Source of the DNA: Amphiscolops sp. MND2022
Taxonomy: Eukaryota
NCBI GenBank assembly: GCA_964187785.1
Contig: OZ076413.1
Location: forward strand, 42,534,001 to 42,598,000
Reading direction: 5' to 3'
Length of the DNA: 64,000 nucleotides
The notes under the pieces were generated by a model, which was given only the letters and a program-made list of their open reading frames with translations, ran no database searches and was not told the origin of the DNA. This document shows, piece by piece, positions 12,838 to 24,559 of the stretch (its first letter is position 1; each line of letters begins with the position of its first letter). The position numbers and the translations under genes were made by a program.

Positions 12838-14279
12838 CCCAACGTTTCCTACTTTGAATGCTTTTTTATGTAGCACCCTAGTTGAAAGTGCTCGAAAGTT
12901 TTACATGTTTTTATAGGTTGCAAGGCAAATTTATTAGGTTTTTGGGAGCTGCTTGGTGAACATTTCATGCTTAAAATTTTCATGCTGCGTCACTAATTCT
13001 TCAGGTATTCAATAGGATTCCTTTACATTTTGGCGGGTTTTCGAAGTAACATCAAGGAAATTAAACCCAAAATACCCGCGAAATATTGTAAGTTTGTGTG
13101 GGCAATGCTTCAAATTTTGTAAGCACAGACGCTACATTAAGACGTAAACAAATAGTGTGAGAGTGCCAGTGTAGCAAACAAAATCGTATTACTGGAATTT
13201 TTTTCGAGGAAATTTTTTTTGCTCGCAAACTGTTGAGAAACGCAATATTGAAAAATTTTCAGGATTCGAAAATCAAAAACTTTGTCGTATTGAAGTTTTG
13301 AACTGTTTTTCAAGGGAACTACTTTGAGAACAGAAGATCAAAATCGGCAGTTTTGATAGGTTGAAATTTCAAACTTTTTCAAGCCATGATCTTCGTTCAA
13401 AAAGTCTGAATTCCTGAAACAAACAGTTACTAAAGGCTTTTGTGAGAATTTCGATTCGGGTTGCTCACGAATCATCAAATTCTAGAAGTTGTTTTTAATA
13501 AAAACCTTCGATTTTTTTGTGGTGTCGATCTTGTAAAAAAACCCTGAATCCGAAGTTTCTGAACTGTCATGTTTCCTAGAGTTTTCTAACACTTTTCAAG
13601 TTGACTGTAGTTCGCATTTTTCAAAAGGCCATTATCACATTCTAGGTTGCATGAGACGTGTAATTCACCGTGGGATTTTGGGGACTTTTTCGGTTTCTTT
13701 TGGGCTCTGACAATTGGTAACTAGAATTATGTTTTTTCAGACCCTGTCATTGTGGTGCTCTCCTGCAATTGCAGATGCCTGATCGAGTTGAGAGTCTGTC
13801 CTTGGTTGCAACAGCTCCAGCTCAAGTGTCGTTGATGGAAGAGTAAGCTGTCAGTCTGTTTGGAACTCTGAAGTTTGAGATCTGAATACGCCATTCTGAT
13901 GGACCTCAGAACTGTTTTCAAAAATTATTTGTGATGTGATAATTTTCTTTGCGTTGTTTTATCTTCAGTGACGAATATTTTTTTAAATTTCAAGATCAAT
14001 TGTATTTGTGGCTTTTCTTCGAGTTTTTACTGAGCTCAGTTTAAGTGCTAGATCAAGGGAGAAATAAAATTTGAAAGGTCTCAAATCAGCTTTTTAGCCT
14101 CTTCGAAATTTTTCGTTGAAATTGCCTGGATTTTTTCCAAACGTTTTCCAGACTGCAGCCATATTTTTTTAAAATGTGCATGGATCTGCTCAGAGGATTC
14201 TGCAGGTTGCATGGAAATTTTACAAAACTTTTCCATGCATGCTTCCAGTACTTTCCATGTTTTTCAAAAATTTACAAAG

Positions 14280-15005
14280 TGTAACGACAAGCTCTCACCA
14301 TTGTCGCCGTAACCATAAGAGTTAGAGGAACACATGATATGGGTATTTGCCCGGGACAGGCGCCCATGACCATGAGCTCATTTTGCCTCTTTCGGGTAAA
14401 AACTGTCCCATCAGAGGAGGATTCCGCTTCTTGTGAAGTGCTCGCCGGCCTGATCCAGTCTTTAATTGCTGTCAGTAGCGCGAATTACGCTTTTTCTTCG
14501 AAACCATCACTTAGACAGCCTTTAAAAAATAGAGGTGGTGGGAAAGGAAATATTCTCTTTCTTCGTAGTTACAAAGAAAATCGAAATAAGTGGCTCACGA
14601 GTTAATACAATAACAAATACGTAATTTACTGCATAATTAGCACATTTAGGCAGCAATTAGCCGGGGACACAAGCACGGATGCTTGGTCAAGCTAATTGAC
14701 TCAATTTTGGTAATTACAACATTTTGTGGCGATTCGCTAATGAAAGCGACGCTTAGAACAAAGTTCAGTTCGTCTTGACAGAAATTGAGTCTCTTTTCTG
14801 ACGGTCGCCGTAATTTTCTACAATTGTTTTTTTTGGGGTCTGCTCGTATTCTTCTGTTCAAATCCTCTTTAATTCTGCTGGCAGGTCTTTGAATAAAGAC
14901 ACGGTATCCTTCAGCGGAATATTTTTCTTCAGCAGAGGGCATCTAGTCCCCTGAACGAAATTTTCAGAATTTTCGAATTTTTGGACTCGATAGGTGATCG
15001 TTACA
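14280..15005 (-). repeat. 3' LTR of the giant gypsy element (726 bp)
   Basis: TG...CA with 8-bp terminal inverted repeat; roughly 96-97% identical by eye to 32425-33145. Confidence 0.97.
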
Positions 15006-15014
15006 TTCCTCTCC
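15006..15014 (-). other. Polypurine tract of the giant element
   Basis: Minus-strand GGAGAGGAA directly abuts the 3' LTR. Confidence 0.75.
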
Positions 15015-16015
15015 GGGGTCTATGCTTGACGTCCCCGTCAAGTGAGGGTTAGCATTGTCAAGTCTTTGTTAAGGGTCGTCTGTTCCTTGTGGAGGTCTTT
15101 CGTCACTGAGTCCACATCAAGCTGCATGGAACAGTTCAGATATCGTCGATTTGATCATCAGAAGCGTCTTTGACCCAGCGTTGCTGCACTTCGATCAAAC
15201 TTACAAAACTTCATACACAATTTTTACACGACAAAATTATATAAACTTTTTTTGAGCAATCCAGGCTTTTAAAACTTCTTTACGGCCTTTAGTCAAGAAT
15301 TTCTTTTGTTTCTGTTGGTGTTAAAACTTGCTTTAAAGTCAACGACCATCAAATGACAGACTAGATTTCTTTTCCGAAGCTCGGGAGCTTCGCACTGCTT
15401 GACTCTGATAAAATAAATTTTTTGATAAGCAGTTGTCATAAAATCAGTTGGTACAGAAGTTTAAAAAGATCTTTTGTGAGACTCATTCTCAATCCTACCA
15501 GACGATTCGAGAAAAACAATAGGTGCAAGTCTGTTAATTTTTATTTCTCTGTCTTTTTCCGCTTTCCTTTTTTGTTCTCCTTCCCATTTTCTCTTTTTTA
15601 ACAATAACAAAACTTGTAACTAAAATAGGTGTGATAGCACCGGATAAGTATGCACGGGATGAGCGTTGCACATCCATTAAGTGGCTTGAGTTAGTACTAA
15701 TTAAAAACTCAAATTGCAAATTTAATGCACTCGAAAAAGGCAAAGCAAATGCGTAAGGTCAATAATAACTGGGTTGCCGGTCCCAATGATTGAAGGATGA
15801 GGAGGATGAAGCCCGGGGGCTTCGTTCCCACTCGAGAGTTTTTACCCATGACCAGTTAGTGTTACTGTATGCGTATGTAGGATTTAATGACAAGGCTCAG
15901 CGACAAAGTTAATCAACAAGATTTAGCAACATAGTTTAGCAATAGAATTCATCGATAAGCTATATTAACAAGCTTTTAATGGTAAAGTTTAGCAATAAAG
16001 TTTCAATCCTCCTTT

Positions 16016-19000
16016 TCACTGAGTGGCAGAGGAGTGTCGCGTCTTGGGCGAGGTGTCTTCCTTACGTTCTGGTTCAGACACGGATCCTCTGCGTGCCGTC
16101 CCTTCTCTCAAAACTGGTCTTTGTATATTTTCTGCAGTTTCGGGTAATTTGAGGCTGATGCTGGAGCTGCATGGCTTCTCTACAGGAGTGGATACTTCGG
16201 GGGAGTGTTCTTGTGCAGCAATAGCAGAGCTGGTGGCGGGAGTCTCAGCTGGAATCTGCAGATCTAGCCGAGTTGCATTAGATATGTGTGGCAAGTCTAA
16301 TGGTCTGTTTCGGGTGACGATTGGTCGTTTTTGCTTCGCGCTGATTTTTGGGCGCAGATCAGGTCTGCCCCAGAGCCCGCAGGCTCTGAACCAGTTGTCT
16401 CTATTCTCGTGTTCAATGATTTGGCGCGATGCTTACCATTCTGGTCCCAGGGGATCACTTAGAAGTTCCATGATATGATAGCATGTTTCTGCAGGCATGT
16501 CACTGCCCATGGTTATTCTGGCTGCTGGATTCCACACTGACGCAATTTGTGGAGGGGCCACCAGTCTTTTTAGACGTCCCGGACGTTCCTCCAAGGTGCG
16601 GGACATCCATACGCCCAACTTGTAATGGTCTCTGTAGGCGTATTGTTTGTTGAAACCGCGCTCGACTAAGCTGATGGGTTTCGCTCGAAGGTATCCTATC
16701 GGTCCCCGCCAGTATTTTGCTGGGATGTTAATCATCTGGAAATTATAGTTGCGATTGGTATGACCACCCATGACTTGGAGACACTCCGTCACATACTTCC
16801 GCAAATGGGTGAACCTCCAATTGAAGCGAATAGGAATCCCTTCTTTATCTAGGGGAGAGGTGTACCAATTCACAAGACCATTTTCTCGGGGACGAGGGCA
16901 AGCCTTTTTGGTTCTAGCTTTGAGGATTCCAGATAGATTTTCGTCTTGCTGAAATTCATTTTTGATGGTCGTGTACATCCGTGGTACTTTCATGTACAAT
17001 CCACGCTCTAGCATTTGTTGGTAGTTGTACGGTTTGACGTTCTTTAGAAAGGTGAGGATAGATACAGATGGTATTTCCGAGGCAAGTCGTAGGGGCTTAG
17101 TTGGATACCGCAATATCCCTGTTGGGCTGAATATCAGAGTTAGCACGGGTGCTAACACCGGTATTAAATCTTCCACTTCGGACAGTGTGATGTCTGCCAG
17201 CTGGTTGGGTGTAAGGAATCCGTCTACTTTTGATACCAGTTGACGCCCATCATATAATGGCTGATTTCTTTCGGCGCCAACGAAGAGTCCTGAAGCGAAG
17301 ACCAGGCTACAGTAAATCCAATTGTATAGTGAAATCGTCTTTCTTTCTATGTGCGCAGGATAATCTTGTGCATCTTTTTTCTGGAGCAACAACTCCAGGG
17401 CCGTTAATCCTGTGATGTCTCCCCGCGCTATTACTAGGTAAGAGAATAGCCATTCCAGGTTGCATTCCGTTATCAGGTTAGCAAGAATCATCATGGGACC
17501 GGCTACGAAACGCTTCTGTCCAAAGGTCAACATCAGAGCAAGGACTTCGTTCAGCTGCATTGCTCCAATGATTCGGCTAATCTCTATGATATATTGTTCC
17601 TCAATTCCAAATTCTACACGGATGACGTCAGGACTCCATCCCAACCCTAGACATATGGCAAATTGATCCGTCGACATTCCAAGTTCCTTTGCCACGTCCG
17701 CTATAGTAGTAGTTTGCAATCGTTGATACAATGCATCATAAGTGCTGCTTAGAGCTTGAATCTCAGCTCGGGTCTCGCTCGTTAGTTTGGCGGCTATATA
17801 TCTCATCCCCTTAGAAAGTTGAACGACAGTGACAACTTGAGCGAATTGGACTCGTGGGATTGCTCTTTCAACTTCTCTTTCGTTGGGAATTTTTCCCATT
17901 ATCGCGGTGACTTCGGCGAGATCAGTTTTAATTGAGGTTTTTGCACCGGAGGAGCGCGCACGCTCCATCCAATTTTGTACACGAATAGCCTCACATTCGG
18001 CTTCACAGGGCTCTGGGAGACGTCTCTCCCCTTCGTCGTTGAACATTAGGAGGGCCATTCGAGTGCCGTAGTCGAAATAGATTGCATCGACAATGGTCAA
18101 CTGAGAATTTCCCGTCTTCTCCACAGACTGTAGCACCTTAGATATGGACGCAATATATCCCATGTAAGATAGCCAGGATGGGCGTAGGTCTTCGCTACTA
18201 ATCCGCATGTTTGGTGCACAGATCGCAAAGTCTATTTCTCGACATTGGCTTATTTCGGTCACAAGATAGATGAATCGCTGTAGAGCTGAGTGCCACTGGC
18301 CGATTCCAGGAGGTGTGACGAAGATGACTGGCACTTTCAATTTGTTTTTTAGGATGTTTGGTGCCTTCTACATTGCTCTGGCCAGGTTGACAGCCGCGTT
18401 TTGCACTGTCGCTCGCTGTGCAGGTGGTGGATTCAAGATTTCCACGTTAGCTATTAGGGCCATCATTCCTTCGCAGGCTGGATGATCAAATACGTTGCTA
18501 ATGATTACTCTGCGTGGAGGTGGCTCTTTGAAGGTTCCTGTCTTTTCTGGATCGAACATTGTGACCAGCACTTCTGCCATTGCGGGGATACGCGACAACG
18601 GCAAGGTGAAGTCCATGACATCTGAGAGGACATTATCTATTGGTATATTTTTCGGGAACGTTGAGTCTACGAGCAAGGCGTAGCGCCCTTTCTTTTGGCA
18701 TTGGGAGTTGAGCTTCGAGATCACGGGCGTATCTCGAATTCACCTCGAATGTCTCTCCAGCACGGAGGAAGTATCTTTCTTCAAACTGTCCATGAAGGTC
18801 TATGTTGAGGGCATCCAGATAGTTGTCCTCCACGTTCGGCAACATGTTCATCGCCTTTCCTAGCCACGGTGGTTCATTTGTAGGGGTATGGTCTGTACGA
18901 AGTGGACGGGTCATGAATACTGACACGTTAGTTTTATTCAGTTTCGCATGCTGTTCGTCGCTCGGAGGACACATATTCTTTTCAAACAGCCATTCCGGTG

Positions 19001-20235
19001 ACACGATGACCGCTGACTCCCAAATTCGCCTGGCGTCTTTGGTAAGCAAACTCCCCTTGGTGTTCTGCATTGGGCTCAGGTGAGTTGGCTGTTTTGTGAA
19101 TGTTCTTTTCGTTGGGTGTTGTATGGCCTGCTTACGGAGCGGGGTACCTGTTGGTCCGCTATTGGTTACCTTCAGATCCGGATAGTCGCCCATAATATCT
19201 TGGACGGTTCTTTGTGCCTGGGGTGTGCCATGGTAACCAACTGTAGGCTCCATCTGCGGGTGCTTTGATGACGAGGGTTTAGGAATTGCTCTACGTGCGA
19301 GCGATTCGCGTGATGTGGGCTGTGAAGGTGGTGGTTGTGGCAGTTCTTGTGGTTTACTGGGTTGGTTAAGCTGCGGCGGAGGAAGCACGGGTGCTTCCAA
19401 CACCTTTGTTTTTGGTTGGTGAGATGAACTGGCAGCTATTGGCGTTTTCACAGATGTTGGTGTGAGTTCTTCGTTAGAAATTCTTTTGTCTGGTGGTGGT
19501 TTGCTTGAAGGGCTGTCACGAGTTGTCAGTGGCTGCATTGTGCTGGTGTTTGCTCTCGTTGGCGAGCGATCATTTCGTTTTCTAGAGGAAGGGCGGCGCT
19601 CTTCTCCCCCTTTGTGAGAAGATGAGGAGCGTGAGGGCGAGCGACTTCGTTCAATGGTCACTGTTCGTGAGTGCCCACGTTGTTCAGATAAAGGAATCAC
19701 ATGACGAACATTCATGACAGGTTGTGTGGGAATCGCGTTTTCATTTTGGATAGTCACTGTGGGCAGGGCGATCTGACGTAACTCTGGCCAACACTGCTCC
19801 ATAGACCTCATGAAGTCGGTATAATACATGTTGACAAGCTATAGCTTGTTGTGCTGAGATTACAGCTTGTTCGGCAATTGGTCTGCCTACTAGATTGGGT
19901 GGAACAGGGGCAGGTGGAGGCACTGGACAGCTCGGGGCTCTCTAGCACGTAGATCTTGCTGAGGCTTAGACGTTGGTGGTGGCGGTGGCGGTGGAGGTGG
20001 GCAAGAGGACACTTGAATGGTGCGAGTCTGATGTACGCCACCATTTGCAGAGGTATATGAGATTGCAGCACGATCATCAGTTAAATGGTGGGTCAGATCG
20101 TGACCAGACCATACTCCATCTTGGAACGTCATAAAACGTTGGAATCCAGGGAAACCGGAAGTAATCGATATAGTCAGCATCGGCGCCTGGAGTTGCGATT
20201 CTATTTGAGCAATAATTGCAGCCACCTTGGTTCAT
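16016..20235 (-). pseudogene. Accessory ORF2 (~1400 aa reconstructed) in the env position: Pro/Ser-rich N-terminus, SGNH-hydrolase-like domain, unknown helical C-terminal part
   Basis: ORFs 18368-18724, 16433-18340 and 16016-16294 share one frame, separated by single stops; 19890-20225, 19741-19923 and 18633-19829 join by frameshifts. SGNH-like pattern 'YALLVDS...RRVIISNVFD...VIFVTPPG...EDLRPS'. Confidence 0.7.
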
Positions 20236-20427
20236 TGCAAGATCTCTGAAAGAGTGCAGGTAGATTGTACGACAATCAGCAATAGAGTAATACATAAGGG
20301 CACATTAAGGGCAGTATTTGAGAGAGTGATAAAATACAATGCATCAATAACAAAAGGAAAGTTAGGATTTATAGCTCAGTGCTATCGAAACTCATTGAAT
20401 TGACAAAATATTTAACAAGATAAAAAT

Positions 20428-22930
20428 TTAAGGAAAGCTAACGACGCTTGCGATAGAAACGTAAATACGATCGTGTAACACTACAGATAATGGCGTGTCG
20501 GCGAACTTGTCCATTAAACATGCGTAAAAATTAAAAAGGTTGCGTATCGGGCGTTCGGGGTCGATTATAGCGAAGTGAACTTCTGTTGCTTCCAAACGCT
20601 CGAGTAAATCTTTAAGTGTTCGAGACATGCGAAGAGAGTGTCAGCTACCATTTGGCAGCGGGGAGTGGCTCGTGTAACCAAAAGATGAATTGTCTGGGGT
20701 TGACCGTAAATCAAAGATGTAGGGAGCGTCAATATGTTCCCGACTTCCGGTCGAAGTTGAAAGATAGTGTCCGCTCCATGCTCACGGATGATGTAACGAA
20801 GGGTAGCAGAACTAGTCTCGAGATTTGGGGGGCAACAAAAAACAATGTGGTGGGGAGCCTGCAGGAAGTCCGTGTTAGCGTAATGCACGTAATCCACCAA
20901 TTGCGGTCTTGCAGCTCCATGATAATTGAGTTCTCGTCCAGGATCATTGGTAAGTGAATCATTATAGGCGTTGGGGAGGCTACCTTTAATGGCATCCGAG
21001 TCTTGCCATACAGATCGCGGTAGCGACTGATTGTCAATATTGGCTCTGGACCATGTATCCAACGCATGCAGGGCAGATTGGGTTGAGACGGGTTGTGGGA
21101 ATGAATATGTCCACTCGCCCAAGAAGCGGATTCGAGAGAAATTTGATAGGACCAAGATTATTAACTCTAACCACCATTCAAACTTGACCTTACCACGATA
21201 TAAATCGATGATGTGGAAACATGTGATTCTGTCAGGGGAGGCCAATGTCCGCAAACTTTCCAAGCAGGTGTTCAAGACTAAGGGGTCTACTAGGTCGGAT
21301 ACACGTTGGGCTGTAATTAATAACCACCAGTTAGTTGCTGGTTGATAAACATCCCCTGGTGTTGCAGTGACGTTAAATTTGTCGTGCAGAAGGTCAGCAG
21401 GAATACAACGCACCATTTGGATTGGCTCTCGCTCATAGTTGAAAGGACCAAAAGGAATGTTGGCAAGTAGGGTAGGGAGTGTGAAAGGCAACGTGAATTC
21501 TAGACCAAGAAGATCGTAAGTCCATTCTTTGAACCTTGGGCATGGGGCCTTTGCTATCGTCGAATTTCTCATCTTGGATAGGATATAATCCACTGGATAC
21601 GAAGTTTTGCTACGCTGTGGCCCGGTGTAGGTTTTCTCTGCTCGAATAATCAAACGGTCGACCATGCCGCTAGGAATTGGTTTCCCTTTCTCTTGCGTTA
21701 GCAGGACTCCCCGGGGTCTAGTTGGGAAACCGGCATGAATCATGTAATTACATTCACAGTTTCGTAGACCACACGTTCCACAACGATATCTGGGAATACG
21801 ATTACGTCGCAGACCTAACGAGCATTAGTGGATTCTGGTGGCAGTGCTTGATCTGAGGTGACAGCTGCACTTGGAGCTGATGTGTCAGTGTCCACAGATA
21901 GAGCATTCCTAACACTAGTGGAGGTGTTGGGTTTAATGCGTGTTGTACGAGGTGGTCTGCCCCTGGGACGTCCTCTTTTACGGGCGCCTCTAATAGTACC
22001 TCGTTGTTGGTGGCCACGTGGCAGCGACGTTCGCGGTCTTGCTCTACCTGGTGGACGACCACGTTGTCTATGATGTTGATGTCCTCTAAGAGCACCCGTG
22101 GGTTTGTTAGTGGTCGTTTTTGCATTGCTGGTGACTGTTGCAGGGGGCATGGGCTCCCGTTCATCTCCGGATATCGGTGATTCAGCGTCATTGTCTCTCA
22201 CAGTATGATTTAGAATACTGTTATCAATCAGTGGCCAGATGGGAAAATTACTCAGTTTATCTGTGAGGGACGGGTTTGTCAGCAGTCGAGCGGATGTGCC
22301 AGATGAAGAGGTGGCAGCACTATTGGTTGGTATCCGAATAGGAGGTATTTGAACGTCATCAATGATGTCGGGCACTGCTTCGTTTTCAGAGAATAGAGCC
22401 TCCATAGCAGGCAATGGTGGGATCGGTATTTCAGGAATTGGCCCAGGTTCATCCGCTAATGATGATAGTATAATACTCTCGTCGGGATTGTTCCCACTGC
22501 TTGGTTAGAATACATTAGAATGTTCGTCGTCAGACTCGGTTGATGAATAGTCGTATTGTTGGTAGTGGAGGCGACTGCCGCCAGCACGTATACGAGTGCG
22601 TAATCTGGTGTCCATCCAGTGCCTTTGTCGGGAAAGCAGAGATGCATTGCTAGCTTCGGATATTGGTTCTTCCGCACGATAAGAGGGTCGTGATGCATCA
22701 TCTGGCACTTCCTCATGAGATTGCTCTGGGTCAGGATCCATAATAATAGCAACTTCACCGTTGTGGGCAGGAACTGCAGCCCACTCTGTCGGGCCTCCAT
22801 GGTGTGGTTTGAGTCGCTCGAAGTGTACTTTTTGACCAGTGTCGAGTATGTAGACGCGTCCCTCGTCCCATGCCATGCTCTCATTAACTTGGGGGATCCC
22901 TTTTGAGGAATATAACGACAGAATACCCAA
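20428..22930 (-). pseudogene. Pol C-terminal extension: acidic/Pro linker, AT-hooks, CxxC-x4-CxC motif, two tandem TARG1/OARD1-like macrodomains
   Basis: 22505-22930 and 21815-22414 share a frame; apparent 1-nt deletions near 21815 and 20615 link them to 20565-21743 and 20428-20628. Motifs RGRPPGR and KRGRPRGRP; RCGTCGLRNCEC; 'MVRCIPADL..PGDV..WWLLITAQR..CLESLR' and 'IVFCCPPNL..VGNIL..IHLLVTRA..CLEHLK'. Confidence 0.72.
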
Positions 22931-23997
22931 ACTGTTTTGCCTACTTCATATGCTTTAGCACGGATTGCTCGATCGTATTTTAGTTTCTGCCGTTGTTGGG
23001 CTTGATGTGTATTGCGGCGAGCCAAGTCATGAATCTCTTGTTGTCGGGCCAAGACATGATCTACGTAAGCCTCATGTGATTCAAATGACTGAGTGGCGAA
23101 TTTGGGGTACAGGAAAGTCAGGGGTATTGCTTTCTCCATGCCTCTGGTCAGCATATATGGGGAGAATCCAGTAGTAGCATGACGCGTGGAATTATATGCA
23201 CCCATCACTTCGTCTATGTACTGGTCCCAATCACGCAATTTTCGGGAGCAGAAGACACGTAGTAGGGTCAGTAGTGTTCTGTTCTGGCATTCTACTAGCC
23301 CTTGCGTTCTGGGATGTCCAGCGGTGGAGGTTACTTTTGTTACTTGGGCCGCTTTCATAAATACGGCAGATACTTCTGCAGTAAAGTTGGGTGCGTTGTC
23401 CGATTGCATTCTCGTCGGACTGCCATGTCGGGCAAACCATTTTTGTAAGAGTAGTTTCGAAGTGGTCGCTGCATCGTAATCATCATGGCTGCATGGCACT
23501 GCTTCTGTGAGTTTGGAGAAATGATCGATGATGACCAGGATTCCAGTGTTATCATCGTCAGAGGGGCAAATTTTCAAATGGTCATATTGAACCAGCTCGT
23601 TCAAATAACCACTTTGGATGTTTTTTAGGTGGAATCGTACATCGCCAGGTTTGTCGCGTACTTGTTGGCAGGTTATACATTGGCTGACGTATTGTCCAAT
23701 GGTTCGGCGTATGCCCGGCCAAGTGTGACGTTCTTGAATTCTTGCTAAGACCTTCGCAATGCCCTGATGTCCCATTGCGTCGTGAGCTTTAAACAAAATT
23801 TCATGTTGGTATAGTTGGGGCATCACAATCATGCATGGACGTTCATGCAGCGCTCTCTGGCTCTTGGGATTTTTTATACACAATACTCCATTAGTATTGA
23901 CCAGCAAGAGATTCTTTTTTTGTTTGTAATAGTTTCTGGCAAAAGTGCGCACATTCTCAGGAAAGATATCATGATCTATTGATTCTTGCATCACCAA
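22870..23997 (-). pseudogene. pol: Retroviral-type integrase (HHCC zinc finger + DDE core)
   Basis: 'HDAMGHQG...CITC', 'QYDH', 'SDNAPNF', 'HPRTQGLVE', 'YNST.HATTGFSPY'. The GPY/F region is disrupted by a deletion at ~22870. Confidence 0.97.
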
Positions 23998-24559
23998 TTT
24001 CTTGATTGCCAGGACGTGGACATCTCGAGTTTGTGCTAGTAAGACGTCTTACAGCCCATGAACTGTGTTGGCATGTTCATGCAGTTCCATTGATACGCTG
24101 TTGACCACGAATGCCATCTGCTTCACGTACTCTGGTGCGGTATCAGTTGCTTGTTTTTCCTCCCCTGTCAACGGAAAGGTGGTTCTCGATGGCACGTTTG
24201 CAACATGTCTAGGGAGAAGATAGTCCCTTTGATACTCTTCAGTTAGTTCTAACCAGTCCTCAGGATAGTCGGGAAAGAAATCGGGAGGCATTCCCAATTC
24301 TGGTATTGGCAGTGTAGGTAGAGGTGTTTTCATTGCTTTGTCGCGGTTGGTTATATTTTGTTTACTTCGTCCGCTCTTTCGTGTGGGAATGGCTATTTGA
24401 GTTTTGGGTGAAGGTTGGCTAGTCAATCTCTGCAAGTGCGCAGGCAATTCGGGGTGATCTGGTATTACACGTCCGTGGACATCAAACCATGGGGCTAGCG
24501 GAAGTTTGTCATATTCCTCTTGTGATAAGAAATTCCATTTGTCGGCGATTGCAGGTAGA

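Noticed and set aside
14339..14942. ORFs within the LTRs (also 32484-33183)
   Set aside because: Duplicated only because they lie in LTRs; indels between the two LTRs break the longer frame and there is no protein motif.
15095..15165. Hammerhead ribozyme on the minus strand (CTGATGA ... GAAA)
   Set aside because: No convincing stem II closing pair or flanking stems.
16016..20235. Classical retroviral/errantiviral env gene
   Set aside because: No signal peptide, Cys-rich ectodomain or clear C-terminal anchor seen; kept as a non-env accessory ORF.
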